Positions 24,464-55,263 of a stretch of 64,000 bases of DNA are shown in pieces. A model generated the notes under the pieces. That model ran no database searches. It had not been told where the DNA came from and saw nothing but the letters and a program-made list of their open reading frames with translations. Made by a program: the position numbers and the translations under genes. Within the stretch, counting starts at the first letter, position 1. Each line of letters opens with the position of its first letter. The DNA comes from Tubiluchus corallicola (Eukaryota; Animalia; Priapulida), in the NCBI GenBank assembly GCA_030141605.1, contig JAQGDQ010000006.1:186001-250000 (forward strand), read 5' to 3'.

Positions 24464-25238
24464 TTGTCAAAAGATATCACAGAAAACGTTTCCATAAACA
24501 TATCAGCATTTTTACATATACTGTAATCATGATGTTTAACCTAAAATTCTAGTTTTATACACTAGTATTAGTTTATATTTATGAAAATTACACAAAATAT
24601 AAAATGCACAAACTGGCACTTGCTGGAATATACCTATATACCATCATTTTTGCCGTATATATTTGAACATTAGATAATTGAACATTGCATTATGATATTT
24701 AAAACATCTAGAATCTTTAGACATTTTTAGCCTTAAATTTGTACAAAAATATATACATTATTAGCTTAAATGTACAAAAGAAAAGAGTAAAGTTAACGAC
24801 TGCAAATTGGCTCTCTCTGCTTATTACTTAACAAAAAATCCTGAGCCTCATTCAGAGAGCAGTAGTGAGCCATCTGTCCTGTGAAGTTTACCATGTTACT
24901 TCATGCTTTACATGAGTTCTAAACTCTGAATCAGGTATCAGAATATAATAGAGAATGTTAAAACTAAAATTAATATAGTGAACAAGTGCAAGATATGTAC
25001 CATTTCCTTACACACATCACTGTAAATAAAACGAAACTTGGTAAAAAACTGATAAGCTTGTAGCATTAACTGCCACTAAATAACTGTAAATAATCATGAT
25101 TTTAAATGTCTCTTTAAAGTGTCATGTAGCAATGCGTCTTAGCTTATCCTGGACAGATTTTCTCACGTTTTGTAGTTGTGCCAAATTTATAACTAACATA
25201 GGAAAATATTTCATTTATACAGTATACAGAATGTAAAA

Positions 25239-42777
<17,539 letters not shown>

Positions 42778-43234
42778 GGTAACATTCCAGGCTCGCCAGC
42801 TTACAGGCTCTAAATATCTTACTATTTTCAGTACTTTTCAATCTATTATTCACTATATTATTAATCTTTCAAACCACTTGGTATTCGAAGAAATCACTGC
42901 CTTTTGTATTTACACAAAGGATTCGTTTCTATACTCCACAATAGCAACCTTTCAAGGAATTTACTAAATTAACAAATGATTGGAAGCTTTGTTCAAAGAC
43001 AAGCTTAGGACCTGCTCTCTCTTCTCAGTGTTGACTGTCGAATCTTGAACTTGGCAGTATAAAACATCAGACAAATATTGCTTAGACCAGCAATTTTTTG
43101 AGACATGCTTGGTGTTATCATTGCGCATTGAAGCGAACACCTAAAATTGCATATAAAAAGTACATTAAATTTTGTCGACTTGGCATGACACTTTTAAATT
43201 GTTTGTAAAGGTGAATTTGCTTTGTCAATGATTT

Positions 43235-43238
<4 letters not shown>

Positions 43239-43269
<31 letters not shown>
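43239..43269. repeat. (TA)n microsatellite
   Basis: About 15 TA units. Confidence 0.95.
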
Positions 43270-43271
<2 letters not shown>

Positions 43272-44979
43272 ATCATTGTCAGCAACATATAGTGCCATAG
43301 TTGCTTCAACACCAAGTAGGAACTACTTAGCCAGCAAATTTGACTTGCAAAATGCCAAAGATTTATAACAGTTTGCCAAAAAAAATCAGCAAAGACACTA
43401 AAAAGTATTTTAGTCTGCGTAGAAAAGTATTTAAGTGCTCTGTTCTTTCAGTTTTGTGCTGATCTGCATTACAAAATGGGGCTAGATTACAATACTTCCT
43501 TTTATCAAGTAAAGGCTACTACGGCTACTACCCCACATATTAATATAAATAATATAAGAATACTTCAGAACCTGCATCCATAATTCACCATGAAATTAAA
43601 TTTTTTTTATATATACTATTAAATGAGAGTAAGTTAAGCATAATTTAGTGGTTGCCAGAAAGCAAATCCTTACATCATAAATGTGAGCTATTAAGTATAA
43701 TGCACTTTGGTAAAATTTGCTTCAAGTCATCATTGGCTGCTTAATTAGGTTTTAGGCTTTGTTGTCAGTTTGCCTAGTGCCTCATGAATCTTGTTCATTG
43801 AATTATCTCGATTTGCTATGTTGTTGTTAATCGTCTGGATCTTTAGTTTTATATTTAAATTGCGTTTTTGATGTTCATTGTCAATTACTATCTCTTGGAA
43901 CATCAGTCAGTGTAATCCAAGCTAGTACTCAGTGATGTTACCCGGTATATTTTTGCATCACAATGAATGTAGCTGACTATATTTTGATGTATGTATATAT
44001 GTTTATTTGTGATACAGGTTTGGACTTTGAATCATAAATTTTGGTATGCCACTAACTCTGATTATATTCAGTTTAACTTTGTCATCTGATCATCTTATGT
44101 TTGCACGTTTTTATGTTTTTTTGGACGCGTTGTACATGGGCGTTGTACAATTTACAATACATTAGTAAATTGTCAAGGACTATCCATCGTTATTATAAAG
44201 TTACTTTTTGTTCTAAAACAAATTTAGTTTTATATTTTATTATGTCATAATTATAGATTCTCGACAGAAATTAGCAGTGCCCTACTTGGGCTGCGCATGT
44301 ACATCACTGTTTTTCGCAAATTTAGCACATGCGTTTTAGCGGAAGTGTCCTACTTCGTCTAGTGGCATACTCCGCGCCCTATATAATCACTAACAAATTT
44401 TTATAACTGATGAATTTACGTAGTTTCTGTTAGGTTCATGCTCTGTCTTTTATCATCCTACCTGAGCTAAAATAAAAAGTCCTAAAACCTTGCTTCTCAC
44501 ACTTAACCTGAAAATAACCATGCGAATACAGAATAATTTGTTTGTCTCAATAACACAGTAAACATAGCATTAACAAATGATATGACAGCTAATAGAGACA
44601 GGGGAGTGAAAAGACTAAAAGGTCATCAAGTCTACCACCCTTCTACTGAGTTGATAACAAAACTCTACTTATATTAGCACTGTGAGCTATGTAAATTAAA
44701 TGTTAAAGATTTAAATATTATTATACTTTATCTAAAGCATTATTCTTGTACAGCAGCAGTTGTTAGTTAGTAGCACATGCATATGTTATACTTGCATACC
44801 TGGATTAGTCAGTAATATGTGAAAATAATTTTAAGTAACAAATTAAAAATTAATTAACATTTTGTTATATAGCATAACTGTTAACTAATACTGACCACAT
44901 GCAGCCATAAGCATAGCGAGGGCTGCATGTAGTCAGCACCACTTACCACAGGTTTGACTATAAGTGTTTCACTAAATTC

Positions 44980-45965
44980 AGATCTGCAAACTGAATAACC
45001 ATCAAAGTATAACGTAATTCCATAAGGACATTTTCAGTATTTTATCTCAAATCTTAAGCATCTGGAAATATTAACAAACACCATTATCAGGATGTAAAAT
45101 GATTAACGAGCAAAGAATTATAAAGCATATAATCATGAAGATTTAGCAGAAGATTCAAGACTATTCCACAACTTAACACCCACAAATTGCAAGGAATTTA
45201 AGCCATAAGATGTTAAAAATTGTTGCTGGAAATAGTGTCCCCTAGTAGTTGCTCTAGTAGTATACAAGTGTGAATCTCTAATCAGTGTAAAGTAGCTAGC
45301 ATACAAGGATGGCAATGTATTATTTTCGTACTTGTACATAAACTTAAACAGCTCTACTGAGTAAATATCTTTTAATTTACATGCACCAAGGGAAATATAT
45401 GACGGCGTGGCATGATCAAGTATTTTTGTAAACGTCATTAGTTTAACAATCTTATTATGTACAGTACTTAATGGATAGAGGTAAATAGTTTTGGCTTTTC
45501 CTCAGGATAGAATGCAATATTTCACGTAGGGATAAACAAGTGGATGGTGTTTTAATGTGTTTCTGTCAACGTAATGTCGGAGTTTAGCAATAATACCGGC
45601 AGTTTTACTCAGTTTACTTGCAATTATATTAATGTGGGATTTCCATTTCATGTCTGAATCAATGTAAAAGCCTAAATATTTTATGCTAGACACTTGCTCT
45701 ATTTCATGGTTATTAATTATAATAGTAAACTGTGGTGTGTGTTAATTTTTTTTACAAATGATCATGAACTTAGTTTTAGAGGTATTAACTTACAGTTTAT
45801 TAGCGTTCATCCACTTACTGATTTTTGACAAGTCTGTATTAGTTCGAGCTTCTGTATGTTGGTGTCAGAAATAAAAAGGTTTGTATCGTATGCAAATAAA
45901 CGGGATTGAAAGTTAGAAAGTGAAGGTAGATCATTTATATATATAAGAAAAAGCTAAGGTCCTAA
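44980..45965 (-). mobile_element. CR1-type LINE, 3' part of RT/ORF2 (degenerate)
   Basis: GP*LFLIYINDLPSLSNFQSRLFAYDTNL (degenerate FADD), IKYLGFYIDSDMKWKSHINIIASKLSKTAGII, LVYPYVKYC, GVKLWNSL. Confidence 0.88.
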
Positions 45966-46719
45966 AAGGTGATGTAAGTTTTGCTCAAAACTACCATATA
46001 TATATGATATATGTTATTATTAATTATAAAAAATGGTACCAAATATGCTGCAATCTAATCTAGTAAGCTGAAAACTGCCACTAAAGTTCGTCGATGGACT
46101 TTAATCGGAAGTGGTGCTGACATGCCACTGGCTTCAAATTTTTTATAAATTTTGAGGTCTAAAGTCTTTATGCTGATCGTTTTATGATCGCGTCCAGTCA
46201 CCTGCAAATTTCTCAATCTTCGAGCCAGGAAATATAAACATTAGCAATATGGGAAATCGGAAAAATCATCAAGGACTCGGGCTATTCTCATTAGTAACAG
46301 TCAGTCATATATATCAGTTTATCAATACGAATACCATAAAACGTTATAAGAAGTTATTACGCTACACTGCATTGACAATGAATTATTAGAATTACCATAA
46401 TTAATAAAATAAATATAAACGGGTATTATAGGATTACTTTACTGTTCAAAAAGCAAAACATGCTAGTGTGAAACCTACACTTAATCTGTTGCTTCCTAGT
46501 CTAATCGAACGGATCCGATTACTGAATTATTTTTGGTTTATGTTCACTACTTTGATCTTTTATTAGCTGTGGGGACTGGGAGTACTGCTGTAGATTCCTG
46601 TACGATTTTCTTACCATTATCTACACTGTAATGAATGTGCCTAACAAGTGACTGCATTATTAGCTTTACAGGGACCTCATTCCCCAGTCGATTTTACTAA
46701 TTCTCTATCATTCACTAGT

Positions 46720-47480
46720 AATGCTCGCATGTCTTATAAATTATTAAACTGGGGTCAATCAGTAAACTGGAACAACAGCATAATGTTCAAACTTCAAAAA
46801 AGACCAATTAGAATAGTGAAACTTGCGTTTTTTCCGTCAATTTAAAGTGCTGAAGCTTGAACATTTACTTGCTGTCACGAAAGTCAAATTTTATTTTAAA
46901 TATGGCAATCATTTATTACCTGCTTGTTTCCTATCTTTAGTATAATGCGAGGAACTGATTAGCATGAATACCCTACAAGAGCTAGTGAAACTATACGTCC
47001 ACCTAACTTACATTTTATATTTTCAAATTGTACTTTGGCATATATCAATTCTTCTTTAGTTAATAATCTTCCAAGTCATGTGACTGATAAAGTTCATACT
47101 CATGGTTATAAATCCTTTACAAAGATTGTAAATTATTTTTTCATAAAACATATTATGATATTTGTATACTAGATAATTGTTATGTATGGCATTTTATTAT
47201 TGCCGTCGTTAATTAAGTTGATCCCATGTGTGCTATATTATTGTTTCACTTCAGGTTATACATATTCATACTTCAATCGTTAAAATCCTATAGTATAAAA
47301 AACTAACGGCATTAAAAGTTAACATCCTGTATGATAAACCGTTCACTGATCATTATTGTTTCGTCACCACTTGTCACCATCGATCAAACTACTGTATTCT
47401 GTTGTATGCTATTTATGTTAATGGCTGGTTAGCCCGTGCGGTTTGGCGCTTTTTTCCATGCATTTGTTTCATATCTGTAT
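46720..47480 (+). mobile_element. CR1/L2-type LINE 3' remnant
   Basis: SYKLLNWG...FKLQKRPIRIV motif followed by decayed C-terminal sequence and a T-rich UTR. Confidence 0.55.
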
Positions 47481-49668
47481 GTAAATCATTTATAATGTCT
47501 CCAAATTGAACTGGTGATGTGGGTTAAATAACAAATAGAAGTTAAAAAAAGGTAAGGACACAAATGTCACTCCCCGAGTGCTATGTTTTCCTTTCAGTAC
47601 AGTAAAAGCTTTTTTAGTTTAGGCAATAATAAAAATCGAGTTATGATTAGATTATTACGTGTCACATTAATATCACTTAGAACTGTATCAATCTTTTTGG
47701 TAGTGTTTGTAATTGTATTTTCCAGTGGATTCATAACAGATCTAAATCTAGTTCCTAGAAAAGAAACTGACATCGCTATACCCAACATTTCATTAGACCA
47801 TTGCTACTGATCTACAGGGTGATGGAAATACTCATGAATTAATATGATATTAATTAAATGTTCCAACGTAAACTGACCTAATAATTAACAGTCAGAATTT
47901 TATGAAGAACGTAAATAGAAAACTTAACCACACTTTCCTTAGGCGCCGCGCCACCAGTCACAAAATTGAAAAAGCAAAAAATACATAAAATGAAGGACGC
48001 AAATTGTCATTTAAAAGTCTGAATATTTTAAAATTTTCTCATCCACTCCTAACAGACTTTTTAAACAATGTAATGCGTGAAGTGATCAAGAGTACAGAGA
48101 GATCTGCCATGTATTGAAGTATCTCGCTCCTAAATTAACGTAATCTCAGTACCTACAATGAAAAAAGTCGAAAGTACGTGTTTCTTCGCTCACTGCTTAT
48201 CTCGTCTTTTCGCGAGACAAGCGTTTTGTTTGCCTCGATTTAATCTAGTAGCTAGCTTCTTGCTAGGCTAATACAGTCCATAATATCTGCGTTTTGTAAG
48301 AAAACTGACGACGCTAAGGCACATCCCGGGTTATCCGCTATAAAAATATTGATAAAAATGTAAAAAAAGAAGTAAAATTTAGTGTATTACTCCAATGGTA
48401 AATTTTATAAATTATAGTTCTGTTTGTGCATTACCAGTTTGCAATGACACAGGTTTATAAATTGATTAAATTCATCTTCATCTTTAATGTGCACAGCAAA
48501 TGTACGCTTCATTGCTCACGTGTCATGATGTCTAACAGGCTAACATACAAGGCTAAGAGGAAAATCACTAATGATTGATACAGGTTATATCAGTGAGTGT
48601 AGTTCTGTAGCGCGCACAGTCAACTTTACTTTGAGACTGAATTTCATATAATTTTTATAATAGCGTCGTTAACTACATCATCATTTAATTCTTATGTATT
48701 AACAGCAATTAACTGGTTATTATGGTTGTTGACTAGTGATGGATCGAGGTAGTTACTTGATAAGAATGACTTCACATTGGTAATAGCTAGTCTCTGCTTA
48801 TAGTTACCGACTGATGCACTGCGGATAGTTGTTATTGTAAGGTAACATTGATTTATTACAATTATAATATTATTGTAACTAATAAATAACAATAATCAAT
48901 TGATATAAAGATTGTTGATTGATAACAACCTTGACTTCAAGGTTATCAATGGAATGAACACACCGTTAACGTTAAAAAAAGTAAATAGGAATACCGTGTA
49001 GAATCGCCATAAAGTGATTTGTAAAAGACCAAAATAATCGTGTATTAGACTGTTTTTCCCATTATTAAAATTAAAGCGGCAATTTTTACAACTGTTGACT
49101 AAAGGGTAATTGCAACAACAATAAAAAATATTTAGCCAGTAAGTCAGTTGCCACCCGCTACATGCTACATTTAGTTTATATCTGCGCGACTTGCAAATTT
49201 ATTACTGAGAAAACAACAACAATGAAATAATAGTAAGTCTGAAAATAATTACATGTCGTGGTCTTTGGCTGCTTTTGCTTTTACATTTTATGTAGCTCCA
49301 TTCACCTTGTAACGCTTTTCTTATGTTTACACAATGATAGCTGTTTTTTCAATCTTTATATTGGCATAACATTTAAAACAAGGTTAGAAATTGCGAGTCT
49401 GTTTTTCACACATAATTAGCAGTTGCTTTAAACAAACTGCCATAATTATATCTATAGAAATTATCCAGAGACAGTCTAAAGAAGCAGCTCGTTAGAACAC
49501 TTAAAGTATCAAACTGCGGGTTAAAACTGAGTATATAGTTTCACTCCTGAAGATATGCCTCAAGGGTGAAACGTCTTTTCCATTTTACAGATCTAGTTAG
49601 TACTTAGTGTCTATTATTGCTGCATGGTCCGTTTTATGATATAGTTTGTTTTCTGCTAAAATAGTTGA

Positions 49669-52600
49669 ATGGAAGTTCACACGCTGTTCTCTGATCAAGT
49701 GATTATTCAGCAAAAGGAATACACTTTTGAGGAGGTGCGATATCACGACGAGCCAAATTCTTGCTGGATAATTGTGTGTGATAAAGTCTACGATGTCACG
49801 AACTTCTTGAAAAATGTACGTTCTTCCACTTTTTTCTCTACTGGCTTAGCAAGTATTATTCAGAACTGAAAAATAGACCAGTTGTTTATAAGTCATTTAC
49901 ACTACCTTTTACAGCTTGTCGCGAATTTAAATTTCTTTCTATGTATTGTCACGAATATCTCGTTTTCTTCAAGCAAATTTAATTCTGTTACCTTGACGCT
50001 TGTCAAATGTGACTTTTTATGCGTTTTCTGCAGCTAAGCTTAAGAGTTAAATGTGACTTGTAGCTTATAAGCTCTAATAGTTAAACCTTCCTTGATAGTC
50101 GCATGACATATTATATAGTACATTGCGATTTGCGATACGAAGGCAAATTGACATTCTTTTTGACCTGTTTCTAGATATAGCAGAACGACTTTTCTCTGTA
50201 ACTGCTACAGCTATTTTTACAAAGTTTAATTAAGAACCTGTTTTACGAACGCCTGCAAGCTAAGGAACGTAGTTTTGCAAATAACCTTGGTTAACATGAT
50301 TACCTGGTTTACTAATTTCCTACACAATTACTGACAATACATCTTTCTACTTCGTGCTACAATAACTATCATGCATGTAATGTCAAAATTCTTAATAATC
50401 GTTTGACTTTTTCTTTAGAGCTGCTTCATTTGGGAACCCTTTCCTTTATTACAACTGATCTGACGATTTCTATGCTTTTATTAATGTCTGACTTTTCTTT
50501 TTCCCTTTTGCTTTTTACACATTGCGCCTTTTTTAGAATGAAATGTCTTACACTAGACGCGTATTTGGATACTTAGAACTTTTTTAGCAAAAATTTTGCG
50601 AATAGAAACGACGTATAAGCTTTGAATAATTGGCAACGCAAGCCTGATTCAATTACAATTCCCACATCCGCCAAAGTGGACTTATCAGTTTTATTGTTGC
50701 AAACTTGTAATAGGATTAAAAACTCGATTGCTAAATTGTATTAAACATTGTATTCACCAAGCAAAAAGTGCTTGTGGAGCCCGGGGGCAAAAAAGCTTCT
50801 GGCGCCCTACCCTTTTAATGTTTTGATCATTTGTTTCGTGGTTGAAGCAACAAATTGTGCGTGTCCCACGGTCCTTTTTCGACATGGTGGGATAAAGATA
50901 ATTTTTTTCTAAGAACCACCCGAGTTTGATTTGCAGTAATGTACTAGGATAACTCTTTTTTATGCATTAGTTGGTCGTAACACGACAGCCCTTTAACATT
51001 CAGCATCAGCATGAAAAAGAGACAGATTATTTAGTTTTCTAAGATAAACCTTTGCATGTTTTAACACTAAAGTTTTCACATTAAAATACAATCGGCATTA
51101 AGAGAAACACCCATACTTCTCCCAAAATTATCGACTGCTAAGCCGCATGACACCCTACACAAGCCATTAAGTAACAAAATTAGGCTTTTTCTAGGTCGTA
51201 GTTCTTAAGGCAGCTACGATGATCTCCGACAAGGCGTAGTTAATAATTAACAGTCATTGTACTCTAGAAGAATTTTGCGCCCTCTCAGCCTTGCGATTTC
51301 CCCCTATCGCAACCACCTTGCTACTTCTCTGATACCGTCTGTTAGTGTCTAACAATAGCATTTTTGCTAATTTGATAGACCTAGGAGAAGCCATACCAGT
51401 GTTACGCTGCCGTGTCAACATAGATCTCCAGCAATTCGTTTTTATGTGGTTTCTTTGTTGTGTCGTAAGTTGAAGAGAGCCCTTCCGTTCTGGATCTGAT
51501 TTGGTAGAACAAATTTCACGCTGATGGGGGTGTATGCTGATGGACAGTAATGTGAACGACAAGAGGAAACGTTAGCCCTTAATTTTATATTAATCGACAG
51601 ATTTACAGTCAACTGTTTCTTTGGAAAGATTGTTCCACTGTGAGATTGTGCGTGGAAAGAATGAAAATGTGTGTGGTGATGATGAGGCTGAATGAGTGAT
51701 GCAATCTAGTACGTGGATCAGCAGGAATTAAATGGGTGGACAGCACTGCCACTAAATCTGAGTAATCTTGTACGTCAATACCAGACGGTGCCCTACTCTC
51801 CAATATTTGAGCATCTGGCATTCTTCTAACTGGTGTAGCATGGTTATTAGGCTGCTGTGTTTGACGTAGTCATTGAGTGCAAATCTAGTGCTCGTCTATT
51901 GAGTTTCTCTTATGCATCCTTGTCCTTTTGAAAGTGCGGCTTCCAGATTGCTGCTGTACTCCACCTGCGATCTAACTAGCGAGATGTTAGGCTGCCTGCT
52001 TTGCTTGTTTGGGACAGTGTTTCAAGCTGCGTCGTGTCGCTTGCCTTAATTTTGTGCTATAATGTAACATTGTTACTCCATTCCAGATTTTTGCTTGATG
52101 TAATACCGAGATTGACCACTTAGTCTACAATTTGAAGTTGTGTGTTGCTTAACTCATATGTGTAAAGCGATGATCTTCATTTGCAGGATATCATCTTCAT
52201 TTAACTGGATCAAAACGAATGCCCAAAATCTCTGCCCAATTTTCTAAAGCAGTGATGTCATTCTGGAGTAAGACTTTATCTCATATCATGGAAAGTTGTA
52301 CACGTGGCAGTCATCATTAAAATAACCTGACAGTTCTGCCTTATTCAACATGATTTGGACGATCATTCATAAAGATTAGAAAGAGTAAGCGTCCGAGAAC
52401 CTTTCTCTGTGGCACACTAGACTTCACCTTCGCACCTTCAGAAGCGTCCCCATCTAGTACTTCCCACCGACATACCACGATCGCACAAAAATATGCGAAT
52501 TCAATTTTGAATTCCTTTACTAATACCATAGTGGTTCAGCTTGCTCAGACGACGTTGGTGAGAACAGTTTTAAAGGTACAGGGAAAATCCAGGATAGCTG

Positions 52601-55263
52601 CATCTGATTGTATTTTTTTATCAAATGAAGCCACAAAATCGCTAACTGTTAAAAGAGGTTGCGTTTCGCAAGAGCAAACTTTCAGAAAACCATGTTGGAA
52701 TACTGTCAAGCTGTTATGTAGTTTCAGTTGTTATTATATGTTTGTAAAGAATACGCTCCATTACTTTAGACAGGTGAGCAACATATTCCTTTATGAAGAC
52801 GAGAGAAATGCTAGCATATGTGGCCAGACTCTTGGCCTCTTCAAGAGGCTGCCAATACAAAGCATTGATGGTGGCAGACAGCTCATCTGCGAGGGTCTTC
52901 AAGACTCGACAGAGGATGTCATAGAGACCAGTAGCTTTACTTAGATCCAACTGTTTCAGAAGCTTGGTGACTCTATCTTGTTCAATAAGCAGATTTTGGA
53001 TTTGAGGAAATGGATCTTTCTGTAGTAATGGGATATTTGATGTATTCTCCTGGGTGAAAGCTGGCATGAATTCTTCCAGTAATAACTTTGCCTCAGAATA
53101 GAATAGAATTGTCCATTATACTAGGTTTGTGGAATTCCAAAAGAGTTCTGTCTCTGTGCTTCAAAATATATTTCCAGAAATATTTCAGGTCTTCCTCAAA
53201 AGCCTTACAAAATTGCTTACGAATTGCCATCTTTCTTTGTCCTATTAGGAGTTGCCAACTGTCATATCCCATGACAGCCTAGCCGTCTCTGTTTTGAATT
53301 TTTTGAGTTCAAAAATCGCAGTAGGATGCTTAGTTCTTGTGGTTTTATTGCACAGTTGATGTTTATAGCTCTGTGAATTTTTAATGGAATGTGTGTATAC
53401 ACCAAATTTAATTAATGATGGTTTGAAAGAGGTCTAATTTCCTTGGATAGTAGATTGTCTGTATGTTCGTAAAAATGCCATGCAGACGACACTACTTCTC
53501 TCATCAGAAGGATCCAGTTAGCTTTGGAAAAAATATAGATGTGCGAAGGTTTTTCTTCATTTTTGTCAATTTACATTGCAATCAGCAACAATGGCATACT
53601 TATCAGAGATACCTAGATTTTAGTTTAAGCAATGAGGGGTTGTTTGTGCAAAACAAGTCCAGAACTTTCTCGTGCCTAGTGGGATAACGTCGCATTTGTG
53701 AATAGTTCATAATCCTCCAAGATTTGCATTAGTTTAACGTAACGAGATTTCTTCAGAGAATTTGGGTCCACAGATTCTGATTCCCAGTCAATATTGTCTT
53801 CTTGTTTGGTGTAAAGTCTTATCTAGGTTGTCCAATTGTGTCAGATGTGTTTATGTTTGGAAGGCAGTAGTTATGCTTATTTTGGAGCGATACCTCCATC
53901 CAGATGGCCTCTGCGTTATTATCTGATAGCTTGACTTCTGTTGTAGAATAGCAATTTCGCGAACAACAACTAATACAGTACCACCGCCTGCCTTGCAATC
54001 CTCTCGCTCAGGTTGGAAATATAAAAAGTATTCTGCGTTAAGTGAGTACCTTCCGCAAATTTGGTTTCAGTCAAGATGATGGCATCAGGTTTCGCGTATT
54101 CAACAGGATTTGCATACTCAACTGCTTTCCTGGTAAAGCTATTTGCATTTATGATCACAAATCGCCAGTTGTTGTTTGATTCACTTTGAAGAAGACTATC
54201 TTATGAGTGTAGTTCGCTAGTAAGTACTGTTTCATAAGGTACAGGCGCTATCCAAACTGATGAAACTAACTGAGTATCATTCAATGTGGGTACAAACCAT
54301 ATGGTAACGTACTGTGAGAACTTTCAACCGGGCTGCTATAGGTGGATTAAAGGATTTTAGTGACGGGACTGAATCAGTGCCGAGATTTGCCATATTTATT
54401 GAATTCAAGAACTGGGTCTCCACTTCAAATTCATACGCATTAAATTTGGTGCTACTTAAGTTGTTACATTCGCGCTGAAAGTATACCCAACCGCTTGTCA
54501 TCAGTGTCGTCGTATGTAGCAGTTGACATCTCATGACAAGATATATGGTACCATATGATACACTCATCACGACACACTGCCTGTGACCAATTCAATTTCA
54601 GTTAGCCGGGTTTCCGGTTTTATTTCAATGTCCTCAAACAGCTGTCGTATCATCATTTCTATTACCATATTTAAAAGAAGTGAATGATAAATTGAGACGC
54701 ATGTACGCTTAGCTAAACAAAATTAATTTAGTGATAATAATTGTTTATGTTTCTAATAATTTCGTATTTGATAGCATCCAGGAGGAGAGGATATTGTATT
54801 AGAGTATGGCGGTCGTGATGCCACATTCCCCTTTTTCGGCAAAGGGCACTCGAAGGAAGCAATGGCCATACTTAGCGACATGTGCATAGGAATACTAGTG
54901 AAGGTCAGTGATGAGGTTACTGATTACTGAAAAAAGACTGTCTCGTTATCTGTTTTTCAGTCGTCACTATTACTTTCTCTCTCTCTCTCTCTTTCTCTCT
55001 CTTTCTTTCGCTCTCTCTCTCTCTCTCAATCTCTTTCTCTCTCTCTCTTTCTTTCTTTCGCTCTCTCTCTCTCTCTCTCTTTCTCTCTTAAATTTGTAGA
55101 AGCCTGGAACCATGTTTACTTTTTGTAACGATTGTTTTTATTTCAGCGTCAAAGACTTCAAACAAATAAAGATTCTGACAGGCAGAAAAATTACCTGGAC
55201 ATAAAATTAAAAGGCCTTAATTATCCACAAGCAAAGACGAAAGATAAACGCGAGTTGCTGTAA
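49669..55263 (+). CDS. Cytochrome b5, soluble type without C-terminal transmembrane anchor, 130 aa
   Basis: Exons 49669-49815, 54775-54903 and 55147-55263 (phases 0/0). Translation YTFEEVRYHDEPNSCWIIVCDKVYDVTNFLKN|HPGGEDIVLEYGGRDATFPFFGKGHSKEAMAILSDMCIGILVK|RQRLQ...RELL*. Both heme-ligand motifs (HPGG, GHS) are intact. An upstream acceptor (ttttacag) ends at 49590. Confidence 0.92.
51185..54680 (-). mobile_element. Near-full-length degenerate CR1-type LINE in cytochrome b5 intron 1
   Basis: In order on the minus strand: PHD-like CRDECIIWYHISC (~54575-54535); AP endonuclease IINANSF...PDAIILTETK (54158-54060); FTQENTSNIP..VTKLLKQLDLSKATG (53067-52714); RT SSVPQRKVLGRLLFLIFMND (52430-52360). 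Many stops and frameshifts; boundaries approximate. Confidence 0.85.
54974..55089. repeat. (CT)n polypyrimidine microsatellite in cytochrome b5 intron 2
   Basis: About 115 nt of CT/CTTT repeats. Confidence 0.95.

Noticed and set aside
52507-52944. 145-aa plus-strand ORF
   Set aside because: Antisense to the decayed CR1 RT; no independent coding signal.
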